Under the pieces are notes generated by a model. It did not search any database, was not told the DNA's origin, and saw only the letters and a program-made list of their open reading frames with translations. Of a stretch of DNA of 53,114 nucleotides, positions 46,937 through 53,114 are shown piece after piece. A program made the translations under genes and the position numbers. The first letter of the stretch is position 1, and every line of letters begins with the position of its first letter. Source of the stretch: an uncultured Bacteroidales bacterium (lineage in GTDB: Bacteria > Bacteroidota > Bacteroidia > Bacteroidales > UBA12077); contig CAZDCZ010000005.1 in assembly GCA_964504155.1 (NCBI GenBank), positions 1 through 53,114 of the forward strand, in the 5' to 3' direction.

Positions 46937-48013
46937 ATGGAAGAAAATTATATATTAGCAATAAATCCGGGATCAACATCTACGAAAATAGCGGTTTTTA
47001 ATAATACAAAATCAATATTTTTAAAGAATATAAAACATACAGCCGAAGAAATTAATAAATTCGAAAAAATTGTCGATCAATTCGAATTTCGAAAAAATAT
47101 TATTCTAAAAGAATTAGGCGAAGTAGATATCAATATTAATAAGATTGTAGCTGTTGTTGGTAGAGGAGGATTAGTAAAACCAATTGAATCGGGTATTTAT
47201 GAGGTTAATGAAGCAATGCTTACCGATTTAAAAGAAAGTAAATTAGGCGAACATGCAAGTAATCTTGGTGGTTTTATTGCCGACGATATTGCAAAATCAA
47301 TCCCTAATGCCAGAGCATTTATTACCGACCCTGTTGTTGTTGACGAAATGCAAGAAGAAGCTCGATATACAGGAAATGAAAAATTTGTTCGTCATTCAAT
47401 TTTCCATGCCCTAAATCAAAAAGCCGTAGCAAGAAAATATGCTAAATCTGTTGATAAAAAATACGAAGATTTAAATTTAATCATTGCTCATCTTGGTGGT
47501 GGAATATCTGTTGGAGCGCATCATAAAGGAAGAGTTATAGATGTTAACAATGCTTTAGATGGTGAAGGACCATTTTCTCCTGAAAGAACAGGAACACTAC
47601 CTGCAGGACAAGTTGCAAAACTTGCTTTTAGTGGAGAATATACTCATGCCGATATCAAGAAAATGATAAAAGGTGAAGGTGGACTTGTTTCTTATTTGGG
47701 AACTAACGATGCTTATGAAGTAGAAATGATGGTGAAAGATGGAAACAAAAAAGCAAAGATAGTTCAAGATGCTATGTCTTATCAGATAGCAAAAGAAATA
47801 GGAGCATTAGCCACAGTCTTAAAAGGAAAAGTTAATGCTATAATCTTAACTGGTGGAATAGCTTATAATCATATGTTAGTAGAATATGTTAAAGAAATGA
47901 CATCTTTTATTGCTCCGATGATTGTTTATCCGGGCGAAGACGAAATGGAAGCTTTAGCTATGAATGGATTAATGGTTATAAAAGGCGAAATAAATGCTAA
48001 AGAATATAAATAA
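46937..48013 (+). CDS. buk: Butyrate kinase
   Basis: 'INPGSTSTKIA', 'GRGG', 'HASNLG', 'HALNQKA', 'HLGGGISV', 'PFSPER', 'YPGEDEM'. Confidence 0.96.
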   Translation: MEENYILAINPGSTSTKIAVFNNTKSIFLKNIKHTAEEINKFEKIVDQFEFRKNIILKELGEVDININKIVAVVGRGGLVKPIESGIYEVNEAMLTDLKESKLGEHASNLGGFIADDIAKSIPNARAFITDPVVVDEMQEEARYTGNEKFVRHSIFHALNQKAVARKYAKSVDKKYEDLNLIIAHLGGGISVGAHHKGRVIDVNNALDGEGPFSPERTGTLPAGQVAKLAFSGEYTHADIKKMIKGEGGLVSYLGTNDAYEVEMMVKDGNKKAKIVQDAMSYQIAKEIGALATVLKGKVNAIILTGGIAYNHMLVEYVKEMTSFIAPMIVYPGEDEMEALAMNGLMVIKGEINAKEYK

Positions 48014-48035
48014 TCAATTTTAGATTATTATTTTT

Positions 48036-48071
48036 ACCCTTAGGTTTATTATTTTCCTAAGGGTTTTTTTT
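48036..48071 (+). terminator. Intrinsic terminator after buk
   Basis: ACCCTTAGG / CCTAAGGGT stem followed by an 8-T run. Confidence 0.7.
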
Positions 48072-48228
48072 GCTTTTTGCATTAACAGATTTATTTATAC
48101 AAAAACGAAGTGAATTATATGAACCGCAAAATGAACCTTAACAAAGTTAAATAACAATCAAATACAGAAAATATAAATTTCGTAATATCCAAATTTGGGC
48201 TTGTTAAAAAATTCAAAATTAAGATTAT

Positions 48229-48816
48229 ATGAGATTAAGTAAATACATAATTATAATATTAGTTTTTTTTTCTATATCAGTAAATGCATATTCCCAAAAA
48301 GAGGAAAATGAGAACACTAAGAATCTAAAAAACAAAATATTTTTTGGTGGCAGTTTTAGTCTGCAATTTGGTAGTATTACAGCAATAAATATAGATCCTG
48401 TGATTGGCATACGTCCAATCCCTCGTCTTTCAATGGGAATTGGAGGAAAATATCAATATTATAATAGCAGGAGTGATGTATTTAATAATTATGAAACACA
48501 TATTTTTGGAGGAAGCATCTTCTCGGAATATGTAATTATTAAAGATCTTAAAAATGTGTTACCTGTAAAAGTATTTGGAGGCTTATTTACTCATATTGAA
48601 TATGAAGCACTTAGTCTGGAATCGAAATATTTCGATATATCTAATACTAATATAGGAAAAGATAGATTTTGGTTAAATAGTTTTCTTCTTGGTGGAGGAT
48701 ATAATCAAAAAATAGGTAATAAATCATACATATATATATTAGTTTTGTGGAATGTTACCGAAACAATTAATACACCATATACAAATCCTATTTATAGAAT
48801 CGGATTTGTATTTTAA
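48229..48816 (+). CDS. Hypothetical exported beta-barrel-like protein
   Basis: Signal peptide ending AYS|Q; 'FFGGSFSLQFG'; terminal 'RIGFVF'. Confidence 0.6.
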   Translation: MRLSKYIIIILVFFSISVNAYSQKEENENTKNLKNKIFFGGSFSLQFGSITAINIDPVIGIRPIPRLSMGIGGKYQYYNSRSDVFNNYETHIFGGSIFSEYVIIKDLKNVLPVKVFGGLFTHIEYEALSLESKYFDISNTNIGKDRFWLNSFLLGGGYNQKIGNKSYIYILVLWNVTETINTPYTNPIYRIGFVF

Positions 48817-48850
48817 ATTTTATAAAAAAAAACAGTAATATTAATTATAT

Positions 48851-49243
48851 ATGAGTTTAAAAGATAAAATTCTTGTTGCCGATGACGATTTAATGATACA
48901 AAATATTATTCGAGAAGTACTCGATTATCATTACGAATTAGAATTTGCAAGCAATGGAGAAGAGGCTATTGAGATGGCTAATAAAACTATCCCCGATATT
49001 ATATTACTAGATATTATGATGCCTAAAGTAGATGGCTTTGATGTTTGCAAAAAAATACGGAAAGATACACAATTCGATAATACCATAATAATAATGATTA
49101 CAGCTTTATCCGATAGAGATTCAAAAGCAAAAGGATTAAAAATTGGCGCTGATGATTTTATTACAAAACCATTTAATCCGATGGAGCTTAAAGATAAAGT
49201 TAAATTATTATTGCGTTTGAAAAAACGTTTAAAAAACAATTAA
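48851..49243 (+). CDS. Stand-alone response regulator receiver protein
   Basis: 'ILVADDD', 'PDIILLDIMMPKVDGF', 'ADDFITKPF'; no output domain. Confidence 0.88.
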   Translation: MSLKDKILVADDDLMIQNIIREVLDYHYELEFASNGEEAIEMANKTIPDIILLDIMMPKVDGFDVCKKIRKDTQFDNTIIIMITALSDRDSKAKGLKIGADDFITKPFNPMELKDKVKLLLRLKKRLKNN

Positions 49244-49288
49244 GTATAAGCAGTAAATATTAGGTCTTACCTATCGAAAAATAAAAAA

Positions 49289-52216
49289 ATGCAGGCAATA
49301 TTTTCAGAACTAAAATCTCAATTAAAAGGAGATTTATTTACAGATAAAAAAACAAGGATATTATATTCTACCGATGCATCGGCTTATAAAGAAATGCCAA
49401 TAGCTGTTGCTCGTCCGAAAGATAATAATGACATAAAAGAATTATTAAAATTTGCTAAGCATAATAATCTTGCTCTTATTCCTAGAGGAGCAGGAACATC
49501 ATTAGCCGGGCAGGTTGTTGGTAGCGGAATAGTAGTTGATGTGTCGAAATATATGACCGAAATTATTGAACTTAATGAATCGGAAAGTTGGGTAAGAGTT
49601 CAACCGGGAGTAATACCCGATGAGTTAAATACTGCTCTTAAAGCTAAAAATTTATTTTTCGGGCCGGAAACATCAACATCAAACAGATGTGTTATTGGAG
49701 GGATGGTTGGGAATAATGCCTGCGGATTACACTCATTAATATATGGTTCGACTCGCGAACATACATTAGCTGTAAAAGCAATTCTTAGCGACGGTTCTGA
49801 AGTAGAGTTTAAAAATTTATCGAAAAAAGAATATGCAGAAAAACTCTTACTCGATTCTGCTGAAGGTAAAATATATAAGTATTTCGATAAGACATTAAAC
49901 AACAAAGAAAACCAAAACGAAATAAGAAACGAATATCCCGACAAATATTTAACACGAAGAAATACCGGTTATGCTGTTGATTTATTGTTAGATACCGAAA
50001 TCTTTTCCGATTCGAAAGAAAATTTCAATTTGTCGAAACTAATTTGTGGCTCGGAAGGAACCTTAGCCTTTATTACCGAGATAAAATTAAATTTAGTTGC
50101 TGCACCTCCCGAAAATATTGCTATTATAGCAGCTCATTTCAACACAAAAGAAGAAGCCTTTAAAGCTAATATTATTGCATTAAAACATATGCCCAGAGCA
50201 GTAGAATTAATGGATAATACAATTCTTGAACTTACTAAAGGCAATAAAGAACAATTAAAAAACAGATTCTTTGTGCAAGGAAATCCCGGAGCAATTTTAA
50301 TGATTGAGTTTGCATACGAGACAAAACAAGATATTGAAGAAAAATACCTGAATATAGTTAACGATTTAAAATCAGCTAACTATGGCTATTCTTTCCCAAT
50401 AATATATTCTCCCGATACAACAAAAGTGTGGGCACTTAGGAAAGCAGGACTTGGAGTATTGTCGAATTTGAAAGGCGATGGTAAACCTGTATCTGTAATT
50501 GAAGATACCGCTGTAAATCCTGAAGTATTGCCTGATTATATGGCCGATTTTCAAAAAATATTAGACCGATTAAACCTCAATTGTGTTTTTCATGCTCATA
50601 TTGCTACCGGAGAATTGCACCTTCGACCAATACTAAATTTAAAAGACTCTAACGATGTTGAGATGTTCCATACTATTGCACTTGAAGTTGCACAATTAGT
50701 TAAAAAATATAAAGGCTCATTAAGTGGCGAACATGGTGATGGCCGATTGCGTGGAGAGTTTATACCTATAATGATAGGAAATCGCAATTATAATATCTTA
50801 AAAGAAATTAAAAATCTTTTCGATCCGAATAATGTTTTTAATCCCGGCAAGATAATCGATGTTCCTGCAATGAATTCGAATCTACGTTACGAGAAAGATA
50901 AAAAAACAAGAGAAATAGAAACAATATTCGATTTTTCTAAGGTTGGAGGAATAGTTAGAGCAACAGAAAAATGTAATGGAAGTGCCGATTGTCGTAAGTC
51001 GGCAATTGCAGGAGGAACAATGTGTCCGAGTTATATGGCTACGCGCGACGAGCATAATGCAACTCGAGCAAGAGCAAATATATTACGAGAGTTTCTTACT
51101 AATTCGCCAAAAGATAACCCATTCGACCATAAAGAGATAAAAGAAACTATGGATCTTTGTCTTTCGTGTAAGGCTTGTAAATCAGAATGCCCATCGAGTG
51201 TTGATGTTGCTAAATTAAAAGCCGAATTCCTACAGCATTATTACGATAAGCATGGTATTCCCCTTCGAACACGAATGATTGCATATATAAGCAGCATTAA
51301 TAAACTAGCATCGATTGTGCCGGGGATATATAATCTTTTTATGAAAAATAAAATATTCGCGAGTATTGTAATGCGAATGCTAGGTTTTTCTCCAAAAAGA
51401 GATATGCCATTATTACATAAATATACTTTGAAAAAATATACTCGAAAATATATTAACGAATTAAAGACTAAAAATAAAAAAATAAAAAAAGTATATTTAT
51501 TTAACGACGAATTTACTAATTATAACGATACCGATATTGGAATAAAAGCAATACAATTATTAACTCAACTCGGTTATGATGTTGTTATTCCAAAACATGT
51601 TGAAAGCGGTCGTACTTTTCTCTCTAAAGGATTATTACGTATAGCAAAGAAAATTGCTAACAAAAATGTTGATTTTTTAAAAGATATAATTTCTGATGAT
51701 TGCCCGTTAATAGGTATCGAACCTTCTGCAATATTAGCTTTTCGCGACGAATACCCCGAATTAGTCGATAAACATTTAAAAGATGCTGCAAATTTATTAG
51801 CAAAGAATTCGTTTATGTTCGATGAGTTTATTGTTAAGGAAAAAAATATAAATAATATTTCTAGTAATCAATTTACCAAAGAAAGTCAAAAAATAAAACT
51901 TCATGGACATTGTCAACAAAAAGCCGTTGCTTCTACCGAACCAACAAAACAGATGCTTTCGATACCGGATAATTACGAAGTAGAAGAAATTCCTTCGGGA
52001 TGTTGTGGTATGGCAGGCTCTTTTGGTTTCGAGCAAGAACATTACGACTTATCGATGAAAATTGGAGAAATGGTGCTTTTCCCGGCTATTCGCAAAGCAT
52101 CTAAAGAAACTATTATTTCGGCACCCGGAACCAGTTGTCGCGAACAAATAAAAAACGGAACAGGCAAAAAAGCCTTGCATCCAATAGAAATAATGTACGA
52201 TGCTTTAAATATGTAA
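49289..52216 (+). CDS. FAD-binding/(Fe-S)-binding oxidoreductase (D-lactate dehydrogenase-like, YdiJ-type)
   Basis: 'PRGAGTSLAGQ', 'GGMVGNNACG', 'GEHGDGR', ferredoxin 'CLSCKACKSECP', CCG domain 'CCGMAGSFG'. Confidence 0.9.
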   Translation: MQAIFSELKSQLKGDLFTDKKTRILYSTDASAYKEMPIAVARPKDNNDIKELLKFAKHNNLALIPRGAGTSLAGQVVGSGIVVDVSKYMTEIIELNESESWVRVQPGVIPDELNTALKAKNLFFGPETSTSNRCVIGGMVGNNACGLHSLIYGSTREHTLAVKAILSDGSEVEFKNLSKKEYAEKLLLDSAEGKIYKYFDKTLNNKENQNEIRNEYPDKYLTRRNTGYAVDLLLDTEIFSDSKENFNLSKLICGSEGTLAFITEIKLNLVAAPPENIAIIAAHFNTKEEAFKANIIALKHMPRAVELMDNTILELTKGNKEQLKNRFFVQGNPGAILMIEFAYETKQDIEEKYLNIVNDLKSANYGYSFPIIYSPDTTKVWALRKAGLGVLSNLKGDGKPVSVIEDTAVNPEVLPDYMADFQKILDRLNLNCVFHAHIATGELHLRPILNLKDSNDVEMFHTIALEVAQLVKKYKGSLSGEHGDGRLRGEFIPIMIGNRNYNILKEIKNLFDPNNVFNPGKIIDVPAMNSNLRYEKDKKTREIETIFDFSKVGGIVRATEKCNGSADCRKSAIAGGTMCPSYMATRDEHNATRARANILREFLTNSPKDNPFDHKEIKETMDLCLSCKACKSECPSSVDVAKLKAEFLQHYYDKHGIPLRTRMIAYISSINKLASIVPGIYNLFMKNKIFASIVMRMLGFSPKRDMPLLHKYTLKKYTRKYINELKTKNKKIKKVYLFNDEFTNYNDTDIGIKAIQLLTQLGYDVVIPKHVESGRTFLSKGLLRIAKKIANKNVDFLKDIISDDCPLIGIEPSAILAFRDEYPELVDKHLKDAANLLAKNSFMFDEFIVKEKNINNISSNQFTKESQKIKLHGHCQQKAVASTEPTKQMLSIPDNYEVEEIPSGCCGMAGSFGFEQEHYDLSMKIGEMVLFPAIRKASKETIISAPGTSCREQIKNGTGKKALHPIEIMYDALNM

Positions 52217-52336
52217 AATAAATACCAGAGTATTAACTTTATTGAATAGGACACTGCAGGCTTAAACTACAAGATAAAAATTATTATAACTTTGTACGAA
52301 TAATTACAGATTGACAGAATAGATAATATTAAAATT

Positions 52337-52522
52337 ATGAGTAATGCAAAAATATCCATACGTTTTTTTGACGACCGCGAAGTACGAGCCGTTTGGGACG
52401 AACAAAACGCCAAGTGGAGGTTTAGTGTGTTAGATATTGTAGCTTTACTTACCGACAAAGACGACTACACCAAAACCCGCAACTATTGGAAATATCTTAA
52501 AGCCAAATTGAAAAAAAATTAA
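52337..52522 (+). pseudogene. Truncated N-terminal (BRO-N-like) fragment of a Fic-family protein
   Basis: 'SIRFFDDREVRAVWDEQNAKWRFSVLDIV...DDYTKTRNYWKYLKAKLKK' resembles the N-terminus of Bacteroidota Fic proteins; it stops after 61 aa with no HPF motif. TAACTTTG promoter box at 52287-52294. Confidence 0.6.
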
Positions 52523-52638
52523 CAATTATTTTATTGGATAAATAATTGTATTTTTATCGTTCAAACTGGTACACTTTTCAATTATTATAGTGGGTGCTTT
52601 TCAATTAATAAATACAAATGGGATTTGATTGAAAAATA

Positions 52639-52980
52639 ATGTCTAAAACTATATCATACAGAAAACACCTCTCAATATTCCTGATGATTGTATTTTTCAG
52701 CCCCTTGCTGATAAAAGCAACGCATTTTCTGTATGTACACCACGAGCATCATCATATTTCTTTTTCAGACAAACCGGAAGTTAATGAAAAACATAAAAAT
52801 TGCCCGATTTGTGCTTATGAATTTGTTGAATTCATTGATAATGAAAATCCGCAAAATACCTGCAAACCTGAATTCTTTTCAGATTACTATACTTTTCACA
52901 GTCAAAGTGAATGTATAATACTTCCCTTTTACTCATTCAATCTGCGAGCACCACCTGTTGATTTAGAGCATTTATTTTAA
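52639..52980 (+). CDS. Small DUF2946/CruR-like protein with TM helix, His cluster, CxxC and C-terminal RAPP motif
   Basis: 'HLSIFLMIVFFSPLL' TM; 'HHEHHH'; 'CPIC'; 'LRAPP' (nt 52945-52956), 7 residues before the stop. Confidence 0.65.
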   Translation: MSKTISYRKHLSIFLMIVFFSPLLIKATHFLYVHHEHHHISFSDKPEVNEKHKNCPICAYEFVEFIDNENPQNTCKPEFFSDYYTFHSQSECIILPFYSFNLRAPPVDLEHLF

Positions 52981-53028
52981 TTCATTAATTTATTAACAGG
53001 TCGTTGGTTTTGCTAAATAGTATTAACC

Positions 53029-53053
53029 CTGGCGCGGACATGTTGTCCGTGCC
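53029..53053 (+). repeat. REP hairpin, third copy
   Basis: Identical to the reverse complement of 31324-31348. Confidence 0.85.
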
Positions 53054-53059
53054 TTTATC

Positions 53060-53114
53060 GAAAACAATCATTTCTAATTTTGAATTAGTGGTTTATAATC
53101 TAGCACAAAAACAT
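53060..53114 (-). mobile_element. 3' end of a second RAYT copy, cut by the window edge
   Basis: 55/55 identical to the reverse complement of 31262-31316, including the RAYT stop codon (CTA at 53074-53076). Confidence 0.85.

Noticed and set aside
202-52458. Numerous short antisense or overlapping ORFs in the track (e.g. 202-387, 2818-3096, 4816-5166, 12356-12619, 41112-41588, 51797-52042)
   Set aside because: They overlap well-supported genes on the opposite strand or frame and show shadow-ORF composition.
1-53114. CRISPR arrays, tRNA, rRNA, prophage or integrase genes
   Set aside because: None recognised by eye. No tyrosine recombinase is present, so the attC-like and dif-like sites would need enzymes encoded elsewhere. 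tRNAscan/Infernal were not run.

Overview
A 53 kb, strongly AT-rich chromosomal window from a probably anaerobic Bacteroidota (Bacteroidales-like) bacterium. Evidence for the lineage: TAnnTTTG promoter boxes, signal peptides ending in A|Q, no obvious Shine-Dalgarno sites, and the rpmB-rpmG-DUF4295-ftsY-rimO order. Most of the window is housekeeping or metabolic: gyrA, arfB, clpC, rimO, ftsY, rpmB/rpmG, cinA, ltaE, comA, DUF368, aroE, pta-ackA-ptb-buk and an FAD/Fe-S oxidase. There are four accessory zones. (1) 0.1-2.9 kb: a coupled DUF262 + HEPN-motif gene pair (candidate defence system) followed directly by an integron attC-like hairpin. (2) 7.5-9.1 kb: a canonical-looking dif site plus several dif-like half sites and a duplicated 45-bp unit, bracketing an orphan SecB-like chaperone gene and a 131-bp MITE. 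(3) 30.6-37.0 kb: a REP-flanked RAYT (HUH/Y1) transposase pseudogene, two IS1595 copies sharing the same nonsense mutations, and a truncated IS3. (4) 52.3-53.1 kb: a Fic N-terminal fragment, a CxxC/His-rich/RAPP small ORF resembling metal-sensing arrest-peptide leaders, and the 3' end of a second copy of the REP-RAYT element. No rRNA, tRNA or CRISPR array was recognised. All family calls come from motif recognition by eye, not database searches.
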